Below, in pieces: positions 40,227 to 53,278 of a stretch of 64,000 nucleotides of DNA. Location of the stretch: assembly GCA_963514005.1 (NCBI GenBank), contig OY740812.1, forward strand, positions 15,934,001-15,998,000, read 5' to 3'. Source of the stretch: Raja brachyura. Lineage: Eukaryota. The notes beneath the pieces were generated by a model. That model did not search any database. It worked only from the letters and a program-made list of their open reading frames with translations, and had not been told where the DNA came from. The translations under genes were made by a program, and so were the position numbers. Numbering within the stretch: the stretch's first letter is position 1; every line of letters begins with the position of its first letter.

Positions 40227-40475
40227 GTATATATCTTTCAATATTCTTTGAAATGTACAGGTATATATCTTTCAATATTCTTTAATGAAACCATTTGAGC
40301 AACGTTGTGCTTCTGCACAATTCACTATGTTCATGACTCTAAGATTAATGTAACCATTATGCTGATAATGACATTACACTGGCAATTAAAATAAATTTGA
40401 GTCCTGAAATACCTCTAAGTCTATGCTGGATGTAGTACTCCCATCTACTTTGTATTTGCATTCCCTGTTTATCTA

Positions 40476-42406
40476 CAGTGTCCTCCATAATGTTTGGGAC
40501 AAAGACCCATCATTTATTTATTTCCCTCTGTACTCCTGGTTAAAGTGCATATTGTCAGATTTTAATAAAGGGCGGGGGAGGTGGGGATCCAGCGGCGGCT
40601 CGGCAGCGCCGGGGACACGGGCTCAACACGGGCTGCAGATGAGGCGTGGGTCTGTGCGCGCTCTCCCCTGTCTCCCACTGCCGTCTGCCCCCTCTCTCTC
40701 ACTGTTACACCCGCTCTCCCGCTGCCTGGCACCCCTGTTCCGCAGATTAAATTTTTTTTTTTAACACATAAATCATGCATAAAGATAAGAATTTCCATAC
40801 AGTTTATGCAGCCATCGCTTTGTTTTTACTTTATAGCCAGTGAACTTTGAGAAATCCCATGATTCCTTGTGTTTTTCGGAATACCAAACTCGCTTATTGG
40901 GTTCAGATTGCCTGATTGACTTGGCCAATCAAGAATTGACCATTTTTTAGCTTTGTACAACTCCTTTGTTGCTTCAGCAGTATGTGTAGGATCCTTGTCT
41001 TCCTGTAGAATGAACCGTCGGCCAATGCGTTTTGAGGCATTTGTTTGAACTTAAGCAGGTAGGATGTGTCTATACACTTCAGAATTCATTATGCTACTAC
41101 CATCAGCAGGAGTATCATCAATGAAGATAAGTGAGCCAGTCCCATGAGCAGCCATACATGCCCAGGCCATAACACCCCACCACCGTGTTTCACAGATGAG
41201 GTGATATGCTTTGGATCTTGCGCAGTTCCTTCTTTCCTCCTTACTTTGCCCTTGTCATCACTCTGATACAAGTTAATCTTTGTCTCATCTGTCCACAAGA
41301 CCTTTTTCCAGAACTGTGGTTGCTCTTTTAAGCACTTCTTGGCAAACTGTAACCTGGCCATCCTATTTTTGCGGCTAACCGCTGATTTGCATCTTGCAAT
41401 GTAGCCTCTGTATTTCTGATCATGAAGTCTTCTGCGGACAGTGGTCATTGACAAATTCACACCTGACTCCTGAAAAGTGTTTCTGATCTGCCAGACACGT
41501 GTTTGGGGATTTTTATTTATTACTAGACCAAGTGCAGACCCGATGGGTCTTGACCCCGAACGTGCTGAGCTGCAACAGCTGCAGTTATGGTGTCTGGCCA
41601 GCAGGAGGCCACAAAATGAGTGAGTGTGTGGGGTGAAGGATTTCATGTTAGAAAGTGTACATAAAAATGTCTAAGTGTATTGAATAGTGCGTTTGTGAAT
41701 GTACAAGCGTAATGTCTGGCAAAATGGAAAAAATGCTGGCGTTTGAGGGTCCGGCTTTGGCGGAGCAGGGAATCAAAGGGCGAAAATGTGACTGGCAGCC
41801 GGACGGCAGTCGGCAGACACACACAGAGTTTTAATATAATAGAGATAGATAGAGAGAATTCTTCTGTCATCAGCTGTGGAGGTCTTCCTTGGCCTGCTAA
41901 TCCCTTTGCGATTAGTAGGCTCACCAGTGCTCTCTTCCTTCTCAATGATGTTCCAAACAGTTGATTTTGGTAAGCCTAAGGTTTGGCTGATGTCTCTAAC
42001 AGTTTAATTCTTGTTTCTCTGTCTCATAATGGCTTCTTTGACTTTTATTGGCGCAATTTTGGTCCTCATGTTGATAAACAGCAATAAAAGTTTCCAGAGG
42101 TGATGGAAAGACTGGAGGAAAGACTAAGTGCTGACAGTTCTGGTATACCTGTATTAAGGAGGCATTTAAACACCTGAGCAATTACAAACACCTGTGAAGC
42201 CATGTGTCCTAAACATTATGGTGTCCTGTAATGGGGGGGACTATGTATAAACACAGCTGTAATTTCTACATGGTGCAACCAAAATGCATAACAATGTGCA
42301 CTTTAACCACATGTGATTTTTTTTTTTTTTCCTATTACAAATCTCAAATTGTGGAGTTCAGAGGCAAATAAATAAATGATGGGTCTTTGTCCCCAAAAAA
42401 AGTGTA
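40476..42406 (-). mobile_element. Decayed Tc1-like transposon
   Basis: TA|CAGTG left TIR with an inverted copy at about 42349-42394; transposase fragments WKKVLWTDETKINL, KHGGG, QEDKDPTHT and WPSQSGNLNPI with frameshifts. Confidence 0.88.
41523..41849 (-). mobile_element. Non-autonomous Helitron-type element nested in the Tc1 transposase
   Basis: On the minus strand: 5' TCTATCTC.., hairpin gacccatcgggtc, 3' CTAG, A|T insertion site, no TSD. Confidence 0.8.
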
Positions 42407-42857
42407 TGTCAATTCTAACCTGATGATCAACATTTCAACAAATAATATTCGTAGTTTGATTTAAATTCTCAATTGGTTATGAGTGATAAATTACTGCAGT
42501 GCACTATGGCTTGATAAAATATAGAAATTTACCCATCAAGTAAACTGTTAATTCTAAACATGCTCTGAGGGAATTGGCCTGTTGTGACTATGGAGTTCTA
42601 TTTACATAATTGTTATCTTGCACTAAATTCTAGTGCACACTAATGGGTGTGTTACTTGTACCAATTAATGCTATTGCCATAGGTGCTATTGAATGGGCAG
42701 TGCACATTTTTACCAATGTAATTGTTGTCCATGGGACCAAGATCAAGTTGGAGGGAAATTTGGGGTGGTTGGTTATTGACCCATTTGTGGCTTCGGCTAC
42801 GCAGTATGCAATTGAGGGTATTGGGGGCACAGGTTGAGTATTACCAGTCAGTTGGGT

Positions 42858-43620
42858 CAACAATACAATACAATACTGTTTATTGTCATTTGAACCTCAA
42901 ATGAAGTTCAAACTAAATTTGGTTTCTGCAGTCATCCCAAAAGAAGAAACAATTAACAAGAGACACAATCCACACAAACATCCATCACAGTGAATCTCCT
43001 CCTCACAGTGATGGCAGGCAAAGTCTTGTCTCTCCCCTGCTCTCCTTTCTTCTCCCGATGTAAGGCCCCGCTCCGGGTCTTGATGTTGGAGCCCCCGGCG
43101 GGCGCTGGCAAGTCCCGCGGCCGTTAAAGCCGCACTGGGCAATGTAAGGCCCCGCTCCGGGTCATTTTCAACCCTGCAATTCAGACGGGAGAAGTTGCCG
43201 TTACGGGAGCTCTGAAAAGCGGTCTCCCACCAGGGTCCAGTGAGCTCCCCAGATGTCGCCGTCCACCGGACCTGTGGCTGGAGCCTCCAAAGCTCCGGAG
43301 TCAGGTCGCATTCGCGCGCCACCAAAGCACTCCACTGTCCAAAGCCAGCCAGCTCCATGGTGGTAAGTCCGCAGGCTCCGCGACTGGAGCCCCCAGGTCG
43401 TTTCGGTTGGAGGCCACTCCACGGTGCTAGGCCCCAACGACAATGGAGACCCGACAGGGAAAAGGTCCGGTGTGTCCCCCGTCTCCCCCCCCCCCCCCCC
43501 GCCACATATACACAGCTAAAAACAATATATAAACCACAACAAACTATACACCACAACGGGACAAAAATTTAAAAAAGACAGAAGGACTGTAGAGGCTGCT
43601 GCCGCGAGGCGCCGTCATTT
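42858..43620 (-). mobile_element. GC-rich, probably non-autonomous non-LTR retroelement
   Basis: (tattg)n tail after AATAAA on the minus strand; CpG-rich body; internal duplication atgtaaggccccgctccgggtc; family not identified. Confidence 0.55.
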
Positions 43621-44486
43621 GTAACGCAGGTGATGTAGAAATTGTGGCCTCCATTGGAGGCTTCAGGAGATCACATGGACATGAGGACTGGCAAATCGCA
43701 GTGAGATTGAGGGATTGGAAATTGGTTGCATCTAGTTTGGTCAGAGCTCTTTGGGAGGGGAGCAGCTGAAGAATGAAACATTTGGTATATAATTGGAGCT
43801 CCTGGCATTGTGTTGAAGATACACAAATATCCAAAGTGTGCCCAGTCATTGTTGCTACCGGAACAGCTTTGTCTAATTTCTCTTGCAATGTTCCAAAATA
43901 TTTTTAATACAACATGATGTAATTTGACCTGTGTCTGGGCCAGAAGTGTCAGCATAGTCGTTACTCCATTTCACTTTGTGATAAGTATATTTTCAGTCAG
44001 GTATTCCTGATGTTAACAAAGGTATATGATCTAATTTCCAGCCAATTATTTCACTTGGCCTCGCAGCACCAGGGATCTGGGTTACATTCTGACTTTGTGT
44101 GCTGCCTACGGCAAGAAGCATGTTTTCTGTTTGAGCACTTGGGCTTGCCCCGGGTGCTGGTATTTCCTCCTATATCCCACGGATGTTCTGATAGATGCAC
44201 TGCATATTACCCCTTGGTGTTGGTCAATGCAAAAAGTTACGGATGGGCGTGTTGCAGCACCACAGGGAGATGGGAGAGGACTAATGGGGTTGTGCTCCCC
44301 CAGGAGAAGGCATGAACCCAATGGGCTGCATGACATTGTAAAATAATGGAAAGAATAAAAACATCAGTGAATATTACAAAGCACTTTTAAAATGCAATGT
44401 ATTGATTAAATGGGAATAAATTGGCAAACTGAAATACAGTCCCATGCAAGAAAATGTTTCAACAGGTAATGGAAATGGTAAAATGT

Positions 44487-44667
44487 AACGATTTATATAA
44501 GGGCAAAGTGGAAATATAGTTAAAGTTTGGTCACCATGACTATCGGTAAAGCTTGATCAGATTATTGCCTAGAAATCCAACCTCATTCATAATCTGATCA
44601 AGCTTTACCGATAGTCATGGTGACCAAACTTTAACTATATTTCCACTTTGCCCTTGTATAAATCGTT
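44487..44667. repeat. 79-bp inverted repeat with 23-nt spacer
   Basis: Arms 44487-44565 and 44589-44667, with one mismatch. Confidence 0.95.
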
Positions 44668-45050
44668 CATTCATGGAGCTACAATATATTGTGACATAAA
44701 TATGCAATATATCATAGCTCCGCTGATGAATTTAATAAAAGTGAATTTTAGAATCTAGCTACAATGCAGTTGTTATTAGATAGTGTGATTGGTACTGCCA
44801 ATAGTGAATTAATTGTTATGCATAAACAACTTGAATGTGAATCATAATCTTCCAATGGTGGTCATATAATAATTTGTTAAGATATATTTTGTCCACTGGT
44901 TAAGAGAATTTGGCCTTAAGTTTTTCAGAAGGGCAAATAAAGGAAGATCATCCCTTGCTGAATGCTCATGATGAACATTGACATTAAGGAGCTGAATAGT
45001 TTTTTAAAAATGCACTCCACTCATTTTGCAACTTCCTTCCCTCTGCACAG

Positions 45051-45224
45051 GCTGAAGCAGCGGAGAATCACACAGCACCCTTGATGGATATTCTTTTTGA
45101 AATGGGATTTTGTGACAGACAGCTCAATATGAAACTCATCAAAAAGCATAGCAACAATCTCATTGAAGTTGTCAACGAACTTCTCGTCATCTATGAGAAT
45201 GACTGGTACGCTGGGCGCCACTGA
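45051..45224 (+). CDS. NBR1: NBR1 exon 22 (UBA domain and stop)
   Basis: cacag|AEAAENHTAPLMDILFEMGFCDRQLNMKLIKKHSNNLIEVVNELLVIYENDWYAGRH*; contains the MGF loop. Confidence 0.95.
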   Translation, partial: AEAAENHTAPLMDILFEMGFCDRQLNMKLIKKHSNNLIEVVNELLVIYENDWYAGRH

Positions 45225-48200
45225 ATGAACATGGGATACATGGACTGCCACTAAGTTAATATGGACCTCTTGCGTGTGCTAAAAAGAAATTGTGCACAAT
45301 AGCTGTAACTGAGGACGATTCGATAATCTGTGAATTAATTTTCAGTAATATGTTTCATTGAATTAACATTGAGTTCAGTTAATATTTGGGAAAATGTGTT
45401 TCTCCAGTCCATATTAATCCATATTTTAGATTATGTGGGTTTATATAGTGTAAAAAAATACTTGTGGATTAACAACAAATCCTAAAGAAAAGGGGATCAA
45501 GATGTGTCTGAATCTGTTTGATAAGTTTTGGAAATATCACATTGCTGCTGATATCTTCGTGACTTACACTACACGAGGCATCAAGCAACACAATATATTT
45601 TGAAATATAATAATCCATGAGGTGGATTCTGTATGATGGAACACTACAGTGAACCTATATCAATGCAATGAGTATACCGTAAGCGGCTCAATATCAGGAA
45701 TATGATTCTTTTATATTGATATTTGCAAGGAAGGACATTATAGTAGTATGTTGTACTTAAGAGACAATTGAAGCTTTATTTTCTGCTTGGAAGTAAAACA
45801 AACCTATTTCTTCAATTTGATTATATAATCTGATACTTAATATGATTGGAACCTGCAGCAACAAATTGCTGCTAGACAAACCTTTGACAGGTCTTGTGTT
45901 GGAAATGTAATACTGGATCGTGAAAAGTAGAATGTTTGTCAATGTGTGAGGTTGGTTTTTGTACTAGTTTGTCCTTCAGCAGCCAAATTGTTCACAGCAG
46001 AAATTGAAATATTGTAATCAGTTGGCAGTAGGACAAACTTAATTTAATGCTTTGTTTTGCTGAAGTAAAAGCATGACATTTTCCTAGACTTTCATTTACA
46101 TTTTCTTCTTATAACTCCTGTATTGAAATTTGTATGTTTTGAAATGATCACTGTGGCATTTGTTGGCAGCCTCAGTGCTTTGACAGATTTGGTGTCCAGT
46201 AGGATAGATTTAGCTGCGTTGCCTAGTTAATATTTTCATAGAGCCCTGGCTATGTTTAATGTCCAGTCAGCTGCTCAAACCAATGCTTGGATTGCAATCT
46301 ACTCGATTGGGTGCTGAAGCTGTGTGACATCTTTATTTTAATTCATTTTATCCTTTGTGGGCTGAGGTAGATTGATAATTATATATTCAGCAGCAGAATT
46401 CCAAATTTAAAGAGCTAGAATTTGCATTTGCTGTAATTCTCCTGACGATACATACATCAACTAAAACTTTTTATTTGCAATGTGGGAGCATCGGCACGAC
46501 CTTTTAGCTGTTTTCTAGTTAAATGCTTCTCAAATTTTTCAGCTTGTGCCAGTTTGGACGAGGAATTGTAATGGTTGCTAATGCATTCATGCTATTTGCT
46601 AACTGGCCATGGAGCCTTATTTCAACTGTTTAACAATTATATTAATGGAACATTAATCTTAAAACTTATGCACAAACAAATATGGACTTGTTCTTCTTGG
46701 CCAGATGCTCAATATAGAGAATGATTTGTTTCCATTCTAATTGTGAGGAGCAGGAAATGTCTGAGTGAATCCTTTTAATCTGATGCACCACAGACTTCAG
46801 GGTGAGGTCTTGTTCCAATTGAAAATTATCCTACCCTGTACATGTGCATGCATTTGCCTCATCTTTTTACCAGCCCACCTTCCACCCTAGCCCCTTCCTT
46901 TACCCATGCTAACATTATTTCAGTGTGCTGGATGTGCCATTAATCCTAACCCCCAATTGGTTTCCCTGAACCTATTCTCTCTCGCCTCCCCATTAGCTGC
47001 ACTGATTCTCCCCCACCCATTTACATGTTAATTTACGGTAGCCAATTAACTATCCACTAATTGTGATTTTTTTTTCAATGTGGGAGGTAACCAGAGCACC
47101 TAGGAGGAAACACGCATGGAAAATAAACCTATGATGTCTTCATCCTCCTTTACCTTGCACTACCTTCCCCTCCCTGCATTATAGCTGTCAGATGCTTACT
47201 CTCCCATGATGTCTCTGACCAACCCTCTACCCATCGTCTGGCCCACCCCAGTACCAGCAGCCACACTGTCTGAAATCACCAGCCTAGCGCCCAACTCCTG
47301 GGAGAGGACCACACTATTCCTCTGTGCCTCTTTCTGTGCTTTCCCTATCTCTTAAAGTTGTATATCCTGGATTATTTAATTCCCAATCTTGTTCAGCTTG
47401 CAACGACGTCTCTGTAACTGCTATGACATGTACTTTCCATTTTTGTTTATTCCTTTAATTCACTTATCTCGTTACAAATATTGTCATAATTTAGCCTTAG
47501 CTTTGGTATCATCCTGCTAAATCTTTGTTCTGCCCAGTCCAAGTACGGGACACCAAAGCCCCATGGTGTCAGTGCATAGAAAGATTAATGATTTTCTGCG
47601 CACTTCTACACTTCAATGCAGGATGACAAAATAGCTTTTTTTAATAGCACAAAATTCTATTTTGATCTTAAGGGCAACCACTCCCAGTGCATTTCCATAA
47701 GTTCGGATGATTTGTTTCAACGATAAGGTTGACCCGCTCCCCATCTCCAGCCATCTATTTGGGACATAACTAAATTAAAGTAGTGGTTTCACTTCCCCGA
47801 TCCTCTGCTCAAACAAAGCCTCACGGAATGTGCCCATGTACTTATTTTCATTGTCTTCATCAGAGCAGAAAAATATACTAACATATGCCTTCATATTTGT
47901 AGGGCACATTGTAGAATTTCATTGTAGATCATAGACGCAGAAAGATGACCAAGAGGACGTGATCGTGTGTTGCGTCGTTTCCAACAAATGTCATCCGTAC
48001 AATTGGCTAGAGTTCTGCCCTTATACATGCTGTTAGCTGTCTGACTGCTAAAGATTATATGGTATTACTTATTACACTTCACAACTTGACAATATCTACA
48101 ACTAATATGCAAGAATAGAAAATTGAGCATTCACAAATGTTTTGAGTACTTCTAGGTGTGTATTTTGAATGAACTGTTTGGTTTCAGTCAAGAACAATAC

Positions 48201-50110
48201 GTTAAATGCAAAATAATTGGTCTGCACAATGAATTAATCCTCTTGAAGCCGTCTGCCGCGAGTTGTACAACACGGAGGAACACTAATGAAGAACTACCAC
48301 ACAACTGTTCCATTGGTGTGGGAATTTCCATTGCAACAGTGTGAAAGGTGATGTTCCCATTTATGGGTTTTTTAAGAAGCTTTATGGCTTTAAGCTTTTC
48401 TTATAGCAGATTCTACAAGAGATTCAAGAAAATTAGTAAGAACTCTGGTTTCTAGTAAGAATATATAGATTACTTAAAAATGGAATCAGAGGAGTGGAAA
48501 TGCAACCCAATCTGCTCTTTGGTCATGAATAACCCAATGATCTTATTGTTCCCTTTCTCTCATCCTCTTCCACTCTCCCCAATCCAATCAGTTTCTCTGC
48601 TGAAACCCTTGATTCTACACTTACTGAACTGATACCTCAATGATTGAGTCAATTTGTCAAGGATAGACATTGCTGGATTCGTTCACGGATTTAAAAATGA
48701 AGATGGTATGCGGGATATTGAAGGGTTGTCCTCATTTTGGATTAACAAGTACTTTGACCTATTGGAAATGTAGATGGCCATCTTCTCAATTAAAGAAAGT
48801 TACCATATAAAACAGCTTGCTGTTTAGTATTTTTTCTGTAGTCTTATTATTGGTAATACAATTTAAAAAAAGAGTGCTTGTAAGCAGATGTAAATGACCA
48901 GGAAAATCAATGGACAAATGGTGTAAAGTTGAAGAATTACTATTTATGATCTTTTCTGTGTATGATTTATGCTATAGAAATCCAAATAATTGAGACTAGA
49001 TAAGTATTTTTTTGATTATCGGTTCTAACTTGTTTGCTGCCAATGAGGTATCCTAAGCTTTGACCTGATTTGTAAACAAGATTGTTGATGTGTAAATTGT
49101 ACTAATATTTACAAGTTGAAAGTTGCACAATACATATTTAAAACACCAAAAAAAATAACCCATGGAATTTTCCCTTTGGAGGCTGTTAAGATTGGCCATT
49201 CGGAAAATTGGTTTGAAGAGATAATGGTATGTTTTACAGTGATGAAGATCTTTCATTTGTTTGATTTGCAATCTTTGCTCTGGCCCAGATTATGAATGCT
49301 GTATACCAAATTGTGTGCTGATACTTTAAGATAATTTTGTGGTTAACCTGGTATCCTTAAAATTGGCTACAAATGTATTGTGGATTTCAAAAAATCCTGT
49401 GCATCCAATTGCCATAAGTTCTCTTGCAGATTAACTCTGTGCTCTAATTTTTTTTTAAAGCCCTCCAGAATAACTTTTTGACATAATACAAAACCATTCA
49501 CATCAGTTTACTTTAATGATGTAAAGTATTTAAACTATTATCATCTTATCAGTATTTTTAAATGATAAAGCTCCATTACATATTGATTTGGTATTGCGCA
49601 GAGGTACCCAGGGGAATATTTTTATACTGGCAATTGTTTACAGCGCAATACTTCTAACCAAACTTGATTCACACTCGGATTTAGCTAATTGCCACATTCT
49701 CTCAGTACCATTTCATTCTGGGACTAAATCTAAAGAGGTCCTTCCGATAAAATAAATGGAGTCAAAGGAAAATTATCATTTTTTGAGTGTCCAATAGATA
49801 CACCAAGAAGGTAACCATGGAACCATTTCTGCAGTTCATTTGCGGTCGTTTCTTAAATTGCACACAATAATCACATGGATTTATTTTTAAAAATTGCAGT
49901 ACTTTGGAGATAAAATTAACGCTTCAGTAACTTCCGATGGCTTCATTTGCACATTGTCTACATTTGCGTGAAATTGTCCTCAAACTAATTTTAAAGTATG
50001 TAGCATTGCATACATTACCCATTGTTCTCTACAAAACTGTATTTTTCTGTTTTTAAAAAGTGCTGTAAATTAAATTTGATTCAGTTTAGATGAATAAAAA
50101 TAATGTTTAA
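45225..50110 (+). other. Probable long NBR1 3' UTR, candidate poly(A) signal AATAAA at 50093-50098
   Basis: AU-rich and relatively repeat-poor until a SINE at about 50223; the end point is uncertain. Confidence 0.45.
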
Positions 50111-50222
50111 ATGAAGTTTGCATTAATTTGCTTTTCTCATTTGTAATGACCCAAGATCCAAACATGTTATGGAAACCACATTATGTATCTTTGTTAGTTT
50201 GTAGTTTAGAATCATTGTAAAC

Positions 50223-50499
50223 CGCACGGTGGCACAGCAGTAGAGTTGCTGCCTTACAGTGCTTTCAGCCCCGGAGACCCGGGTTCGATCCAGACTGTGG
50301 GTGCTGTCTGCACGGAGTTTGTACATTCTTCCCGTGACCACGTGGGTTTTCTCCGAGATCTTCGGTTTCCTTCCACAGTCCAATTGACTCGGTATAAGTG
50401 TAAAATTGTCCCTAGAGAGTGAAGGGTATTGTTAATGTACAGGATCACTGGTCGGTGTGGGCTGAAGGGCCTGTTTCTATGCTCTATCTCTAAACTAAA
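50223..50499 (+). mobile_element. Near-full-length tRNA-derived SINE
   Basis: A box (tggcacagcagtag), B box (gggttcgatcc), CR1-like 3' end with (taaac)n tail. Confidence 0.8.
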
Positions 50500-50639
50500 T
50501 GCTGGCTCTTGGCTTCTCGGCAGAATGTCCAGCTGCTAGGCAAAATATTTTCAAGTTAACAAATAGGTATCAATTATATGTCAATAAATCATATTCATCT
50601 TATTGACAACCTGGAATATTTATGTTTTTTTTAAAAAGG

Positions 50640-51150
50640 TATGTGATATAGTTGTATAGGACGTAGATGAGGCCGCACTTGGAGTATTGTGTTCAACATT
50701 GGTCACCTGCTATAGGAAAGATGCCATTAAGCTAAATGGACAAGAAACAAACTCTGGATGTTGGCTTATAGGATGAGGTTGGGTGAGCTAGCACTTTGTT
50801 CCTTGGAACACATGGAGGTGTATAAAGTCATGAGCAGAGTAAATAGAGTGATGCACATACTTTCCCCATGTTGGGGGAATCAAGCACTCGAGGACATAGT
50901 TTTAAGATGAGAAGGGAAAGATTTAATAGAAACCTGATGAGCAACATTTTCACATGGGATGGGTGTATGGAATGAGCTACCAGAGGAAGAAGTTGAGGTA
51001 GGTACAATTACACAAATTAAAAGATATTTATACAGCTACATGGATAAAAAAGGATTATAGAGAGATATGAGCTAAACATGGGGAAATAGAACTAACTTAG
51101 ATGAGGCATTTTGATCAGCATGGACGATTCTGTGCTGTGCCAAGTATTAA
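50640..51150 (+). mobile_element. Degenerate CR1 LINE 3' region
   Basis: ggccgcacttggagtattgtgttc (RPHLEYCV motif) followed by downstream CR1-like sequence. Confidence 0.7.
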
Positions 51151-51189
51151 TAACTGAATTCTGCAGTTATACAGAAACATCTACAAGGA

Positions 51190-51716
51190 CTCTTGCCTCT
51201 CTCCCACTTCTGAGGATCCTTCAGTGCTTCTACTCTGGGGCTGTAGAAAGCACCTTGTCCGGCAACATCACAAACTGGTTTGGGAACAGCTCTGCCCAGG
51301 ACAGGAAGGCTCTGCAGAGAGTAGTGCGTTGGGAACTACACTCGCCACCCACCCCCCCCCCCCCCCCCCCCCGGGCTTTGCAGGACCTAATCACCAGGAG
51401 GTGCAGATCCAGAGCCAGCAACATTATGGGGGACCCCTACCACCCGCGCAACGGACTGTTCCAGCTGCTACTGTCAGGCAAACGCCTCCGCTGTAATGCT
51501 GTTAAAATGGAGAGGATGAGAATGAGTTTCTTCCCACAGGCCATCAGGACTGTAAACTCTTATCTCACCAGGGACTAATTTGCTGTTGTAAAACATTATT
51601 TTCTAACATGTAAATACTGATTCTGTTCTGTAGATTTTGCACAATCTGCAGGCATTGCCTCTTTCATTTCACTGCACATCTTGTATGTGTATGTGGCAAA
51701 GTTGACTTGACTTGAC
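51190..51716 (+). mobile_element. Rex1/Babar-type non-LTR 3' fragment
   Basis: FYSGAVESTLSGNITNWFGNSSAQDRKALQRVVR..SFFPQAIRTVN, followed by a (gactt)n tail. Confidence 0.8.
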
Positions 51717-53278
51717 TAATTCTGTAACCTGGATCTTGCTCTTACACAATTGCACTTGTTAACCATTTAACATATCATTTAAGGGACAGTTTTGCAAACC
51801 AGACTTTGTTCATGGGCAGGGGGTACACAAAATGCTGGAGAAACTCAGTGGGTTCAGCAGCATCTATGGAGCAAAGGAGATGGGCAACGTTTTGGCGCGA
51901 AACCCTTCTTTGTTCATGGGCATCTGAAATGTATTCTGTTTTGGGTGTTTCAACAATTCTCTGGTTGAATAAGGTTGAATATATGGATTATACTCTGAAA
52001 ACAACAATTTGAACTGAAAACGTGTTGCGTATTGTGGGTTCGATAGTATATTCGCAATAAGCAATTGGCTATCTCGATCCATTCCATGCGTGGAGGTTTT
52101 TCAAGATTTTGGAAAGATTGAAAACTATGTTTAAACCAAAGCTAGCTTTTGTAAATCTCAAAAGGAATGTTAGTTTAGAAGATCTTGAGCTATCTTTACA
52201 TTTAAATATTAAAAATACATTTTTGAGTATTTCAAACATTCAGGTTTGCAAAATAATTAACTAATAGCTTTATTTTGGGGGTGTAACCTATTTGACTGAT
52301 ATTCATGTTGCGAATTGGTTAATTATGGCAATTCTACCTGATTGTCCCTTTGCATAGCCAACCTTTCGTGATTTCCATTGTGATTTCATTTCCGAAATCT
52401 AGGTCAAAGTGACGCTGTGAGACTGTTTGTGTGTTTGGATGCAGAGTAAACCTCTGGCCATGTGGTGATAATATGGAGCATTTTTGAGAAAGCATCCATT
52501 AGTTTTTGTACCATCATAGACATTTCAAAGAGGCTTTGGCAACACCTTTAGTAATTTATTATTGCCTTCATCAGTAGAAGCTTAAGTGACCACCCTGTCA
52601 GCTAGACTTTGTAATTATTATTTTGATCAATTAGTTTCAAGATTACAACAGTGCTAATTTTGAAATTAAAACGTATGTATTTCAACTCCGTTTTCCCCTT
52701 CCCTACAAAAAACAATGAACAAATAATAATAAACATTTACATACCTAAGCTTTATGGCAATCGCCTAGTTTCTTGTATTTTTGTCACACGTAGAGACGAG
52801 GGACCAAGCCTCCATCATCCCTTCTTTAGCTGCTATCCAATAGTGCAGATAGAGGAATATTCACAGTAAAGTTAGTGCACTGAATATTTCTGACCGGGGA
52901 TGAGATCCCCTCTTGTTTCTTTTTGGTAGCTGGAAGTAATGTATTTTCTGGTGGACACGGAGGTGATGTCTCGGGTTATATTTTGTGTCTATCTAAAGAA
53001 TGTTGTGGGTACAAATAGCAATTCTGAAGAAGGGTCTCGACCCGAAACGTCACCCATTCCTTCTCTCCAGAGATGGTGCCTGACCCGCCGAGTTATTTTG
53101 TGCCAAATCTGTACCAGTATCTGGAGTTCATTCCTACACCAGTGTGTTGTGTTTTTCTTTTTTAATTCTATGGATGTGTGGCAACCCAAATTCTTCTATG
53201 TACAGTACTTTGGTTAAACGCGAGTTGAATTAAATGTGTTATATAAATAAAAAATGATTGATTGATTGACTTGATTCT

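Larger units (their letters stand above)
3420..45224 (+). other. NBR1: NBR1 gene span (start codon to stop codon), 22 coding exons, predicted 1006 aa
   Basis: Manual splicing of the exons below gives a continuous 3021-nt ORF with PB1-ZZ-CC-FW-LIR2-LIR1-J-UBA architecture, matching recalled vertebrate NBR1 motifs. Confidence 0.95.

Noticed and set aside
42897-43572. 219-aa and overlapping ORFs
   Set aside because: GC-rich repeat interior with no recognisable protein motifs.
50223-50300. tRNA-like A/B boxes
   Set aside because: SINE head, not a complete cloverleaf tRNA.
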